From an uncultured beta proteobacterium (GTDB lineage: Bacteria > Pseudomonadota > Gammaproteobacteria > Burkholderiales > Burkholderiaceae_C): a stretch of 49,404 nt of DNA. Under the pieces are notes generated by a model. That model searched no databases and was not told where the DNA came from. It saw only the letters and a list, made by a program, of their open reading frames with translations. Shown in pieces: positions 1-9,113 of this stretch. Location of the stretch: the NCBI GenBank assembly GCA_903861575.1, contig CAIOUR010000022.1, positions 1 through 49,404 on the forward strand. The letters are read 5' to 3'. The position numbers and the translations under genes were made by a program. Every line of letters begins with the position of its first letter. The first letter of the stretch is position 1.

Positions 1-400
1 TCAAAAACAGCTTGTCGCCGTTGACGGGCGAGGCAAAGTGCACGCCTTCTTCGCTGATTTTGCGCATTGCCCCCAGGCTCCAGACCTGGAAACCGCCGGA
101 GTCGGTGAGGATGGGTTTGTCCCATTTCTCAAACGCGTGCAGCCCGCCGAACTGGCGCAGCACATCCAGGCCCGGCCGCATCCACAGGTGAAAGGTATTA
201 CCCAAAATGATCTGCGCGCCCATCTCGTCCAGGCTGCGCGGCATCACGCCCTTGACCGTGCCATAGGTGCCCACCGGCATGAAAACCGGCGTCTCCACCA
301 CCCCATGGTTCAGGGTCACGCGGCCCCGGCGGGCGTGGCTGCCCAGGTAGCTGCCGTCCGCGCTGGGCGGATCATGGGCAAGAACATCGAACTTCAACAT
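1..400 (-). CDS. tgt: tRNA-guanine transglycosylase (5' part; runs off the window start)
   Basis: Not in the ORF track. Hand translation from ATG at 400 gives [10 protein letters not shown]...[29 protein letters not shown]...ILGNTFHLW...[13 protein letters not shown], carrying the TGT signature motifs. Confidence 0.97.
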   Translation of the reverse strand, partial: MLKFDVLAHDPPSADGSYLGSHARRGRVTLNHGVVETPVFMPVGTYGTVKGVMPRSLDEMGAQIILGNTFHLWMRPGLDVLRQFGGLHAFEKWDKPILTDSGGFQVWSLGAMRKISEEGVHFASPVNGDKLFL

Positions 401-422
401 GCGGGAATTCTAGGCGGGCGGG

Positions 423-477
423 TTGACGCATGCAGGCGGTTTACTTTATGCTTTGCTTTACTTTCGACAAAGTAAAG
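423..477 (+). promoter_or_regulatory. Putative vapBC promoter with inverted-repeat operator
   Basis: TTGACG (423-428), 18-bp spacer, TATGCT (447-452). Perfect 9-bp inverted repeat CTTTACTTT-cgac-AAAGTAAAG (456-477) just upstream of the antitoxin start. Confidence 0.6.
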
Positions 478-485
478 GATTCAAA

Positions 486-719
486 ATGTCAGAAATTGCA
501 GACGTAGAAGCCATTGTTTCCAGCAAGGGGCAGGTCACCCTTCCGGCCGCGATGCGCGCCAAACTGGGGATCAGCGCGGGCTCGCACATCCATTTTGAGC
601 TGCGCGGTAACGAGCTGGTGATCAAGCCCGAGCTGCCCATGAGCACCTACCGGGGAATGCTGAAAGGCTATGACCTTGGGGACATCGAACCCGAAAAAGA
701 ACCGGACCGGGAGTTTTGA
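486..719 (+). CDS. vapB: AbrB/MazE/SpoVT-family antitoxin
   Basis: VSSKGQVTLPAAMRAKLGISAGSHIHF is an AbrB swapped-hairpin motif. The stop abuts the PIN toxin start. ATG at 486 follows AAGGA. Confidence 0.88.
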   Translation: MSEIADVEAIVSSKGQVTLPAAMRAKLGISAGSHIHFELRGNELVIKPELPMSTYRGMLKGYDLGDIEPEKEPDREF

Positions 720-1100
720 ATGAATCTCGTCGATTCGTCAGGCTGGATTGAGTACCTGCAAGACACGCCCCGTGCGGATTTGTTTGCCGCAGCCATAGAA
801 GACCGCAACCACCTATTGGTCCCCACCATCTCACTCTTCGAAGTGCACCGGGTTCTCAGCCGCAGCCTGCCCGCCGACCTGGTGAACCGTTGCCTAGACG
901 TGATGCGCCTGGGCCGCGTGCTCGATTTGACCGACGCACGCGCCGTTGCAGCCTCCCACATCGCGGCGCAGCACAAACTGGCCATGGCCGATGCAGCGAT
1001 GTACGCCATGTCACTGGAATTCGGCGCCAGCTTCTGGACGCAGGACGTGGACTACCAGGGGCTGCCCGGCGTGCGCTACCAGGCCAAACCCGGCGCCTGA
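720..1100 (+). CDS. vapC: PIN-domain ribonuclease toxin
   Basis: N-terminal LVDSSGWIEYL, then FEV, LAMADA and WTQDVDY carry the PIN acidic residues; directly downstream of the antitoxin. Confidence 0.92.
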   Translation: MNLVDSSGWIEYLQDTPRADLFAAAIEDRNHLLVPTISLFEVHRVLSRSLPADLVNRCLDVMRLGRVLDLTDARAVAASHIAAQHKLAMADAAMYAMSLEFGASFWTQDVDYQGLPGVRYQAKPGA

Positions 1101-1126
1101 ATCGCTTGTTGGCCGGGGCTACAGGC

Positions 1127-1819
1127 TCAGGCCAGGTTCTTGTGCAAGAACGCCAGCGTCTTGTCCCAGGCTTTCGCCGCAGCTTGCGCGTCGTGTTTCA
1201 AATAGGCCAGGTTTTTCGTGTCGGCTTCTTCGTTGACAAAAGCGTGTTTCGCCTCGTAGCGGTCAAAGGCGAATGCGACACCCGCTGCCGTGAGCTTTTG
1301 CTCCAGCGCGTCCACGCCCGCAATGGGAAAAACGTCGTCATGAATCGCCCAGCTGCCCATGAGCGGCACTTTGATTTTGCTGGCATCGACGTACTCCAAG
1401 GGAGGGTAGCCGTACCAAATGGCTGCCGCATCCACTTCGGGCACGAAGACGCTGGACAAGAGCGTCAAGGCGCCGCCCATGCAATACCCGGTGACGCCGA
1501 CTTTGGGTGCGCCCGCGGCCTTGAGGAATTGCACGGCACCACGAATGTCCTGGCTGGCCGCATCACCGAAGTTCAGACCGTCCATCAAATGTTTGGCCTC
1601 GTTTTCTTCGAGCGCGAGTTGTCCTTTGTACAAATCCGGCACCAGAGCCTGGTAGCCCGCCTGCGCCAAGCGTTGCGCCACGTGCTGAATCTGCTCGTTG
1701 AGCCCCCACCATTCTTGAATCACCACAACAGCTGGCGCAGCAGCGCCAGCGGCAGGTTGCACAAGATAGCCGGTGGCGGCCTGCCCATCTGGGCGTGTGT
1801 AAGTGACCATAGAACCCAT
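1127..1819 (-). CDS. Dienelactone hydrolase family protein
   Basis: VVVIQEWWGLN, GYCMGG nucleophile motif and HAFVN catalytic His. Confidence 0.93.
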   Translation of the reverse strand: MGSMVTYTRPDGQAATGYLVQPAAGAAAPAVVVIQEWWGLNEQIQHVAQRLAQAGYQALVPDLYKGQLALEENEAKHLMDGLNFGDAASQDIRGAVQFLKAAGAPKVGVTGYCMGGALTLLSSVFVPEVDAAAIWYGYPPLEYVDASKIKVPLMGSWAIHDDVFPIAGVDALEQKLTAAGVAFAFDRYEAKHAFVNEEADTKNLAYLKHDAQAAAKAWDKTLAFLHKNLA

Positions 1820-1886
1820 ATCAAACTCCTTTAAATTGCCGTTGAAAAATTAAACTATTTTGCGCGCGCCACAAGCCCGGAGCGCG

Positions 1887-2645
1887 TTAGAACCGACCCG
1901 ATAGCAAATCACCCGCGCCGGGGACGCGCGAATCCAAGCCCAGCTGTTTCAAAATAGACCAGGTGGTGCACACCGCGCTGGAAACCACGGGCAGGCCACT
2001 GGCCTCTTCGATCAAAGAAACAGACGCCAGAGACGGCATTTGCACGCACGCCGATGCCACGATGGCGTCCGCACCGTGCACATTGAGCTGCTTCCACAGT
2101 TCGGCCGGTGCCTGCGGGTCGCGTGCGCCCACGGCCAGGTTGTCATGGATTTCCAGCGACACACTGTCAATGACCTCAATGCCTTCGTTCTCAAGATAGT
2201 TGATCACCAACTGGGTCAGGGGCTTCATGTAAGGCGCAATGATGGAAACTTTTTTCGCTCCCATGGCCTGCAGGCCTTGCACCAATGCGCCCGCGCTGCT
2301 GGTGACGGGCGCAGCTCCGCCGTTTGCCGCCGTTACTTCGTGCAAGCGCTGCTGTGAAATTCGGTGGTAGCCCAAACCCATGCTCATGATGGCCACCAGG
2401 CAGGCGTAGGCCATCAAGTCCATGCGCGCATCTGACAACTCCAACGCGCAGCGGTCCGAGTCGCGGTCCATAGCGGCCAATTGTTCCTGGGTCACTTCCA
2501 TCATCCGCATGCGGCTGGAGTGGAAGGTGAAGCGCTCCGCAAAAATACTCTCACGGGCGCGCAACATGGCCGGAATCTCGGTTTCCATGGTGGTGTTGGA
2601 ACTCGGAACAATGAGGCCGACGCGGTATGCGGATTTCGTGTTCAT
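1887..2645 (-). CDS. maiA: Maleate cis-trans isomerase (Asp/Glu racemase superfamily)
   Basis: GLIVPSSNTTMETEIP, FHSSRMRM, and two catalytic-Cys motifs YACLVAIM and SACVQMPS. Start moved to ATG 2645. Confidence 0.88.
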   Translation of the reverse strand: MNTKSAYRVGLIVPSSNTTMETEIPAMLRARESIFAERFTFHSSRMRMMEVTQEQLAAMDRDSDRCALELSDARMDLMAYACLVAIMSMGLGYHRISQQRLHEVTAANGGAAPVTSSAGALVQGLQAMGAKKVSIIAPYMKPLTQLVINYLENEGIEVIDSVSLEIHDNLAVGARDPQAPAELWKQLNVHGADAIVASACVQMPSLASVSLIEEASGLPVVSSAVCTTWSILKQLGLDSRVPGAGDLLSGRF

Positions 2646-2679
2646 GTGTTGAAAAGCTGTTGAGTTGGACTGAATTTTG

Positions 2680-2739
2680 GATACCTTTATTGATACAGTC
2701 CAATACATAATTCAGATTTATTCATAGTATTAAGGTATC
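2680..2739. promoter_or_regulatory. AT-rich divergent control region with LysR-type T-N11-A box
   Basis: ATAG-N7-GTAT at 2724-2738, and inverted pair GATACCTT (2680-2687) / AAGGTATC (2732-2739), between divergent maiA and lysR. Confidence 0.45.
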
Positions 2740-2743
2740 AATC

Positions 2744-3643
2744 ATGGAAATGCGACAACTGCGCTATTTCACGGTTCTGGCCCAGGAGCTGGGCTTTACC
2801 CGGGCCGCGCAGAAACTGCATGTGTCGCAACCGCCGCTGAGTTTTCAGATCGCCAGCTTGGAAGAGGAGCTGGGCACCCGGCTGTTTGACCGCACCAGCC
2901 GCAGCGTGCAATTGAACGCCGCTGGCCGCGCCTTTTTGCCACACGCGCAAGCAGTTCTGGAGCGCTTGGAGCGGGCGCGCACCCACGTGCGACAAGTGGC
3001 CCAAGGCTTTGAGGGCAGCGTGCACATCGGCCTGGCGGGTTCGCATTTTTTGGGGCCGCTGCCGCACTTCATTGCCGGGTTCCGCCAAAGCCGGCCCAAG
3101 GTCGATGTGGTCTTACACGAAATGATGCCCGCAGACCACCTGCAAGCGCTGCACGATGGGGCGGTCGACATCAGTCTCTTGCGCAGTCCGTCCGAACATC
3201 CTGGACTGCACGCGCAGCTGCTGTGGCGCGACCCGCTTGTCGTCGCGCTGCCACCAGGCCACCGCCTGGCCACTCGCAAGCGCATAGGCCTGGCCGATTT
3301 GCAAACCGAGGCCTTGGTGATGCTGCGTCCCGGCTCGTCGGTCTACGCGCAAAAGGTGTTTGACGCCTGCGTATCAGCAGGTTTTGTCCCGCGCGTGGTA
3401 CAGCAAGTCATTGAAGTTCCCGCCATGGTGAACCTGGTCGCCGCCGGTTTGGGTGTGGCATTGGTGCCCGCATCTTTAGCCGGCATGTACAACGACGCGG
3501 TGACCCTGTGCCGCCTGTACGGCAGTACGCTCAACGGCGACGTGTACGCGTTGCGCCGCGCGGAGGCGATGCAACCCGCAGCAGCGGAGTGTTTGCAAGC
3601 CCTTCTTGAATGGGCCAAAAGTCACCCGATGGAATCGCGCTAA
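2744..3643 (+). CDS. LysR-family transcriptional regulator
   Basis: MEMRQLRYF...FTRAAQKLHVSQPPLSFQIASLEEELG HTH, then a substrate-binding domain (LVAAGLGVALVP). Confidence 0.96.
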   Translation: MEMRQLRYFTVLAQELGFTRAAQKLHVSQPPLSFQIASLEEELGTRLFDRTSRSVQLNAAGRAFLPHAQAVLERLERARTHVRQVAQGFEGSVHIGLAGSHFLGPLPHFIAGFRQSRPKVDVVLHEMMPADHLQALHDGAVDISLLRSPSEHPGLHAQLLWRDPLVVALPPGHRLATRKRIGLADLQTEALVMLRPGSSVYAQKVFDACVSAGFVPRVVQQVIEVPAMVNLVAAGLGVALVPASLAGMYNDAVTLCRLYGSTLNGDVYALRRAEAMQPAAAECLQALLEWAKSHPMESR

Positions 3644-3668
3644 GCGTGGTCCCAGCGCGTGCAGTCCC

Positions 3669-4769
3669 TCACCGTAAATTCTCCTGGTTCGCGGGCGCGC
3701 GCGCCAGCAACATCGCATCCCCATAACTGAAAAACCGGTACCGCTGTGCAATCGCGTAGCGGTAGGCAGCCATGACCGGCTCGTAGCCGGCAAAAGCGCT
3801 GATCAGCATGAGCAAAGTTGACTTGGGCAGATGGAAGTTGGTGATCAACACATCCACCAGCCGGAACTGAAAGCCCGGCATGATGAAGATGCTTGTATCC
3901 CCGCTGGCCACGCCGCTGGCAGCCCAACTCTCCAAAGTGCGCACCGTGGTCGTGCCCACCGCCACGACCCGCCCGCCGCGCGCGCGGCAGGCGGCAATCG
4001 CGTCTTGCGTGGTCTGCGGTACCTGGTACCACTCGCTGTGCATGCGGTGCTCAGAGAGATTTTCGGTTTTGACCGGTTGAAAAGTACCCGCGCCAACATG
4101 CAGGGTCACGTGCGCACGGTGCACGCCCATGGTCTCCAGTTGCGCCAGCAGCGCCTCATCAAAATGCAGCGCAGCCGTCGGCGCGGCAATCGCACCGGGC
4201 TGCGTGGCAAACACGGTTTGGTAGCGCTGCGCGTCTGCTCCGGCATCCGGGTCCACACCATCTTGTCGCCGCTCAATGTAGGGCGGCAAAGGCATGTGGC
4301 CGTGGCGTTCCATCAGGGTGTAGGGGTCATCGCCCGCGTCGTTGGAGAGCACAAAACGGAACAGCGGCCCGTTCGCATCCGGCCAGCGACCCAGCAGCGT
4401 GGCGCGCAAGCCGTCGGCCAGACCGGGCGCCGTGTGCAGCGCCACGCTGTCGCCGGGCGCGGGCTTTTTGCTCACCCGCAAATGCGCCGCTACCTGGTTG
4501 CCGCCCAGCACCCGTTCGACCAAAATTTCCAGCTTACCGCCGCTGGCCTTTTCGCCAAAAAAACGCGCCTTCATGACCCGCGTGTCGTTGAGCACCAGCA
4601 AATCCCCCGGGCGCAGCAAGTCGGGCAGCGCGTGAAAGACGCGGTCCACCAACACAGGGCTGCGGGCATCCAGCAGCCGCGCGCTGCTGCGCTGCGCTGC
4701 CGGATGCTGGGCGATCAAATCGGGCGGCAGCGCGAAGTCAAAATCGCTGAGCGTGAAAGTGCGGGGCAT
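3669..4769 (-). CDS. queA: S-adenosylmethionine:tRNA ribosyltransferase-isomerase
   Basis: [62 protein letters not shown]. Confidence 0.98.
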   Translation of the reverse strand: MPRTFTLSDFDFALPPDLIAQHPAAQRSSARLLDARSPVLVDRVFHALPDLLRPGDLLVLNDTRVMKARFFGEKASGGKLEILVERVLGGNQVAAHLRVSKKPAPGDSVALHTAPGLADGLRATLLGRWPDANGPLFRFVLSNDAGDDPYTLMERHGHMPLPPYIERRQDGVDPDAGADAQRYQTVFATQPGAIAAPTAALHFDEALLAQLETMGVHRAHVTLHVGAGTFQPVKTENLSEHRMHSEWYQVPQTTQDAIAACRARGGRVVAVGTTTVRTLESWAASGVASGDTSIFIMPGFQFRLVDVLITNFHLPKSTLLMLISAFAGYEPVMAAYRYAIAQRYRFFSYGDAMLLARAPANQENLR

Positions 4770-4807
4770 GCCAGGAAGTATGCGTCAGCGCTGACTATCA
4801 TGCGCCC

Positions 4808-5467
4808 ATGAGCCAAAACCACCACGATCACGCACACGACCACCACAACGACGTGCACGACCATTCCCACCTCAGCGAAATGGATGTCCGTGTGCGCGCG
4901 CTGCAGAGCCTGCTGGTGGAAAAAGGCTACCTGGATCCGGCGGCGCTGGACGTGATCATTGAGACTTATGAACACCAGGTCGGGCCGCACAACGGCGCGC
5001 GCGTGGTGGCGCGGGCCTGGGATGAGCCGGCGTTTATGGAGTGGCTGCTGCGCGACGCCACCGCCGCCATCGCCTCCATGGGCTACACCGGCCGCCAGGG
5101 GGAGCACATGGTGGCCGTGGCCAACACACCGCAAACGCACCACATGGTGGTTTGCACGCTGTGCAGCTGCTACCCCTGGCCGGTGCTGGGCCTGCCGCCG
5201 GTTTGGTACAAAAGTGCGCCCTACCGCAGCAAAGCGGTGATGGACCCGCGCGGTGTGCTGGCCGATTTCGGCGTCCATGTTGATGACGGGGTCACCCTGC
5301 GGGTCTGGGACTCCACCGCGGAGGTCCGCTATCTGGTGGTGCCCATGCGTCCGGCCGGAACCGACGGCTGGACGCAGGAGCAACTAGCCACGCTGGTCAC
5401 ACGCGACAGCATGATCGGCACCGGCTTGGCGCTGCCGCCCTCCGCTGTGGCAGAGGCTGCGGCATGA
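4808..5467 (+). CDS. nthA: Cobalt-type nitrile hydratase alpha subunit
   Basis: VCTLCSCY metal-binding motif (Thr and Tyr mark the Co type); His-rich N-terminus. Confidence 0.97.
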   Translation: MSQNHHDHAHDHHNDVHDHSHLSEMDVRVRALQSLLVEKGYLDPAALDVIIETYEHQVGPHNGARVVARAWDEPAFMEWLLRDATAAIASMGYTGRQGEHMVAVANTPQTHHMVVCTLCSCYPWPVLGLPPVWYKSAPYRSKAVMDPRGVLADFGVHVDDGVTLRVWDSTAEVRYLVVPMRPAGTDGWTQEQLATLVTRDSMIGTGLALPPSAVAEAAA

Positions 5468-6147
5468 ACGGCGTGCACGACATGGGCGGTATGCAGGGTT
5501 TCGGCCCCGTGCGCCCCGAGGCCGACGAGCCCCTGTTTCATGCACCCTGGGAGCGCCAGGCGCTGGCCATGACAGTGGCCATGGGCGCCTGCGGTCAGTG
5601 GAACATCGACATTTCCCGCAGCGCGCGTGAATCCCTGCCGCCGGCGCAATACCTCAGCAGCAGTTACTACGCCATTTGGTTAGCTGGCCTGGAAAAGTTG
5701 ATGCTTGCGCGCGGCATGGTCAGCGCCACCGAGCTGCAAACCGGCGGGGCTGAGACGCCACCGCTGGGCGGCGTGCGCACGCTTAACGGCCCACAAACCG
5801 CCAGCGCCCTGGCAAAGGGCAGCGCAAGCACCCGCGACATCGACGTGCCGCCGCGCTTTGCCGTCGGCCAGCGTGTGCGTGCGCGGCAAATGCATCCCGT
5901 AAGCCACACACGGCTACCCCGCTATGTGCGCGGCCACACCGGAACCGTTGAACGGATTCACGGCGCACATGTGTTCCCCGATACCCGTGTGAGCCGTCCG
6001 CTGCCGCCTTTTGTAGACGAGGCGCATTGGCTCTACACCGTGGTGTTTGACGGGCACGATTTGTGGGGCAGCGGCGCGTCCGCTGGGCTGCTGGTCAGCG
6101 TGGACGCCTGGGAGCCCTATCTGGAAGCCGTGGAAGCGGCGCCATGA
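5464..6147 (+). CDS. nthB: Nitrile hydratase beta subunit
   Basis: [16 protein letters not shown] start, [18 protein letters not shown] end; ATGA overlap with nthA. Confidence 0.97.
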   Translation: MNGVHDMGGMQGFGPVRPEADEPLFHAPWERQALAMTVAMGACGQWNIDISRSARESLPPAQYLSSSYYAIWLAGLEKLMLARGMVSATELQTGGAETPPLGGVRTLNGPQTASALAKGSASTRDIDVPPRFAVGQRVRARQMHPVSHTRLPRYVRGHTGTVERIHGAHVFPDTRVSRPLPPFVDEAHWLYTVVFDGHDLWGSGASAGLLVSVDAWEPYLEAVEAAP

Positions 6148-6545
6148 GCAACCCGCGTGCCACGCTCGCTGAGATTGCCGCACAGTGCCGCGGCGACCTG
6201 CCGCTGCCGCCCGGTGCCGCAGATGCGCCCGTATTCGCCGAGCCATGGCAAGCCCAGGCCTTTGCCATGGCGGTGCAGTTGCACGCCAGAGGCGTATTCA
6301 CCTGGCCGCAATGGGCGCAGGCCCTGAGCCAAACCATCGCCGAGGCACGGGTGGCAGGCGACCCGGACGACGGCAGCAACTATTACCAGCACTGGGTCGA
6401 CGCGTTGGAGCGCCTGGTACTGGCGAAAGGGCTGGGCACGGCCGAGCAAGTTCACCGCTTGGAACACGCCTGGGAAGCCGCTGCGGCGCGCACACCCCAC
6501 GGCCAGCCGATTGAACTGCAAGCGCAGGATTTCACCAGCGCCTGA
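6144..6545 (+). CDS. Nitrile hydratase accessory/activator protein (P14K-like)
   Basis: PVFAEPWQAQAFAMAVQL...FTWPQWAQAL...YYQHWVDALERL...RTPHGQPIEL; ATGA overlap with nthB. Confidence 0.92.
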   Translation: MSNPRATLAEIAAQCRGDLPLPPGAADAPVFAEPWQAQAFAMAVQLHARGVFTWPQWAQALSQTIAEARVAGDPDDGSNYYQHWVDALERLVLAKGLGTAEQVHRLEHAWEAAAARTPHGQPIELQAQDFTSA

Positions 6546-6629
6546 CAAACGCTGTTCAGGTCTTGACCCACGTCAAAGCCGCTTACACACTTTGTCGCTA
6601 CAGTGGGTTCTCTTTTTAAGGAGGATCTC

Positions 6630-6941
6630 ATGGTCGCAATTGACGCCGAACACAAAGCCAAACTGATGCACGACCTGAATTTGGTCATTGAAGATGCCCA
6701 AGTCCTGCTGCGCATGACCGCGGATCAAGTCGGCGACGAGGCCAAGGCTGTACGCGAACGCGTGAGCGCCCGCCTTGGCCAAGCCAAAGAGGAGCTGCAA
6801 GCGCTTCAAGACAGCGCCCTGCAAAGCGCCAAAGCCGCTGCCCACGCCACCGACCATTTCGTGCACGAGAACCCTTGGAAGTCCGTGGCCATTGCCGCCG
6901 GAGCTGGCCTGCTGCTGGGCGTGCTCATCAGCCGCCGCTGA
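6630..6941 (+). CDS. DUF883 family (ElaB/YqjD-like) membrane-anchored protein
   Basis: TDHFVHENPWKSVAIAAGAGLLLGVLISRR C-terminus; SD AGGAGG before ATG 6630. Confidence 0.92.
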   Translation: MVAIDAEHKAKLMHDLNLVIEDAQVLLRMTADQVGDEAKAVRERVSARLGQAKEELQALQDSALQSAKAAAHATDHFVHENPWKSVAIAAGAGLLLGVLISRR

Positions 6942-6960
6942 CCCCCGAAGGTTGAAACCC

Positions 6961-7344
6961 GTGGAACCCGCAAGCAGCAGCGGTTTGATGGCCTCGCTGC
7001 GGCAATTGCTCAGCACGCTGTTGGAAATCGCGCAGGTTCGCTTGGAGCTGATCAGCACCGAGCTGGAGCTAGAGAAACGCCGCTGGTTCGATGCCCTGTG
7101 GCTCGGGGCGTTGGCACTGGTTTGCCTTGCGCTGGGGCTGGTGCTTCTGTGCGGCACGCTCTTGCTGCTTTTTTGGGAGGGCTACCGCCTGGCCGCAGCG
7201 GCCGGTTTGACCATGCTGTTTTTGGCTGGAGGGACGCTATTGCTGACCCAAGCCCGGCGGCGCATGCGGCAACCCGGCGGTATGTTCAACGCCAGCGTGC
7301 GCGAGTTGCAGCGCGACCGTGGCGTCGAAAAGCCAGCGCCGTGA
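6961..7344 (+). CDS. YqjE-like (phage-holin-family) membrane protein
   Basis: LLEIAQVRLELISTELELEK followed by two TM segments, in the yqjD-yqjE-yqjK order. Start uncertain (GTG 6961 or ATG 6988). Confidence 0.85.
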   Translation: MEPASSSGLMASLRQLLSTLLEIAQVRLELISTELELEKRRWFDALWLGALALVCLALGLVLLCGTLLLLFWEGYRLAAAAGLTMLFLAGGTLLLTQARRRMRQPGGMFNASVRELQRDRGVEKPAP

Positions 7345-7351
7345 ATACACC

Positions 7352-7639
7352 ATGACCGCGGACGAACTGCAGGCCCGCCGAACCCGATTGCTGCAACGCA
7401 GTGCCGTCTTGCGGCAGCAAGCTGCCTGCGAATTGCAGAAGATGGAACCCGTATTTGTGGTGGGCGACCGCCTGCTGCAGGGATGGATATGGCTGCGGCG
7501 CAACCCCGTTTATTTGGCTGGCGCGCTCGCGGTGGTGGTGGTGCTCATGCCGCGCGCGGTGCTGCGCACAACGGCCCGGGTCTGGTCCTTGTGGCAAAGC
7601 TGGCAAAAGGCAAGACGCTGGCTCGCGCAGCCACGCTAA
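7352..7639 (+). CDS. YqjK-like protein
   Basis: RRTRLLQRSAVLRQQ...WLRRNP followed by a hydrophobic segment; third gene of the yqj trio. Confidence 0.8.
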   Translation: MTADELQARRTRLLQRSAVLRQQAACELQKMEPVFVVGDRLLQGWIWLRRNPVYLAGALAVVVVLMPRAVLRTTARVWSLWQSWQKARRWLAQPR

Positions 7640-8154
7640 GCCCTGATTTTTTGAACCAACGCCGTAGTCGAATAGCCGTTGACAAAAGGCAGTGCCAGTG
7701 CACGCCCGCCCCAGGATTGCACCAAGGCAGTCTCTGGCAGGCTTTGCATGTCGTAATCACCGCCCTTGACCAGGATATCCGGGCGCAACTGGCCGATCAA
7801 GGCCTCGGGGGTGTCTTCATCAAACCAGGTGACGAGATCGGCCGCTCCCAAAGCAGCAATCACCATCGCCCGGTCCATCTCATTATTCAAAGGGCGATCG
7901 GGGCCTTTGCCCAGGCGGCGCGCCGACGCATCAGTATTGAGCGCGACCACCAGGCTGCCCCCTAGCGCACGGGCTTGAGCCAGGTACACCACATGGCCGC
8001 GGTGCAGCACATCAAAAACACCGTTGGTAAAAACCCAGGGGCGCGGTAAGGCAGCAAGGCGTTGGGCGCAGCCCTTGCTATCCGTGAGCTTGTGCAAAAA
8101 AAAGGGGGGCGCAAAGACGCTATCGGCAACTGCCTGGACAGCTACAGGCTTCAT
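7636..8154 (-). CDS. rfaE2: D-glycero-beta-D-manno-heptose-1-phosphate adenylyltransferase (RfaE domain II)
   Basis: VFTNGVFDVLHRGH, NTDASARRLGKGPDRP, PDILVKGGDY, GYSTT. Confidence 0.92.
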   Translation of the reverse strand: MKPVAVQAVADSVFAPPFFLHKLTDSKGCAQRLAALPRPWVFTNGVFDVLHRGHVVYLAQARALGGSLVVALNTDASARRLGKGPDRPLNNEMDRAMVIAALGAADLVTWFDEDTPEALIGQLRPDILVKGGDYDMQSLPETALVQSWGGRALALPFVNGYSTTALVQKIRA

Positions 8155-9023
8155 GCTGCGCCGCGCTGGCTCGGGCTCACGCCGAGTTCACGCTGCAATT
8201 CAGCGGCCAACTCTTTGCGGTATTTGTTGAGCTCCTGCACCGTCGCAAAACTGCGCTCCATTAGCAGGCTGAGGTTATGCAGAATGCGCTCCACCACCTT
8301 GCCTTCCCATGCGGCGTCAAAGTGGATTTGATGGTCCAACCAGTGGTCCAGCCACTGCGGATTGGGGAGTCTGCTTTGAATGGTATCCCTGGGAAACATG
8401 GCTTTGTTGACATGTAAGTTGGTGGGGTGCAAGGCCTGCGTGGTGCGTCGCGCACTCCCCATCAGTACGCCCACTTTGGCAAAAGCTGCTTTGGCCTCCA
8501 GTCCGAAGTTGCTGATGGCACGCTTCATGTATTTCAGATAAGCACCGCCGTGGCGGGCCTCGTCTTGGCTGAGTGTGGTGTAAATCGCTTTGATGACCGG
8601 TTCGGTATGCCACTGGGCGGCACGGCGATACCAGTGATTCAGACGGATCTCGCCGCAAAAATGCAGCATCAAAGTCTCCAGGGCCGGGGCCGGATCGAAT
8701 TCAAAACGCACCGCATGAAGCTCGTCTTCGGTGGGCACCATGTCCGGACGAAAGCGGCGCAAATACTCGATCAGCACCAGCGCGTGTTTTTGCTCTTCAA
8801 AAAACCAAATCGACATGAACGCCGAAAAATCACTGTCGTTGCGGTTATCGCGCAAAAACATTTCCGTGGCCGGTAAGGCCGCCCACTCGGTGATGGCGTT
8901 CATCTTGATCGTGGCCGCCTGCTCATCACTCAAGGCCATCGAATCAAATTGCGCCCAAGGTATGTCCCGCTCCATGTCCCAACGCACGGATTCCAACTGG
9001 CGAAACAATTCTGGGTACAACAT
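8151..9023 (-). CDS. Ferritin-like diiron-carboxylate protein
   Basis: Two EXXH motifs (EEQKH, DEARH) plus Glu ligands (ITEWA, CGEIR). Confidence 0.82.
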   Translation of the reverse strand: MLYPELFRQLESVRWDMERDIPWAQFDSMALSDEQAATIKMNAITEWAALPATEMFLRDNRNDSDFSAFMSIWFFEEQKHALVLIEYLRRFRPDMVPTEDELHAVRFEFDPAPALETLMLHFCGEIRLNHWYRRAAQWHTEPVIKAIYTTLSQDEARHGGAYLKYMKRAISNFGLEAKAAFAKVGVLMGSARRTTQALHPTNLHVNKAMFPRDTIQSRLPNPQWLDHWLDHQIHFDAAWEGKVVERILHNLSLLMERSFATVQELNKYRKELAAELQRELGVSPSQRGAA

Positions 9024-9113
9024 AGGGTCATTCTAGAGGCCTGCGCCCTGTAGGAAAGTGCTCAGCGGACAAAACATTACGGGAAGGCAGGGAAACTGCC
9101 GTATAGTTTTGCG

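Noticed and set aside
38-475. 145-aa plus-strand ORF
   Set aside because: Antisense to tgt, which the ORF track missed because it runs off the window edge.
6961-7344. Holin as evidence of a prophage
   Set aside because: It sits in the chromosomal yqjD-yqjE-yqjK arrangement with no phage genes nearby.
9060-9113. RpoE-ChrR type promoter for the lipid operon
   Set aside because: CGTA is present at 9100-9103, but there is no TGATC-like -35 at the expected spacing; a sigma70-type TATAGT fits better.
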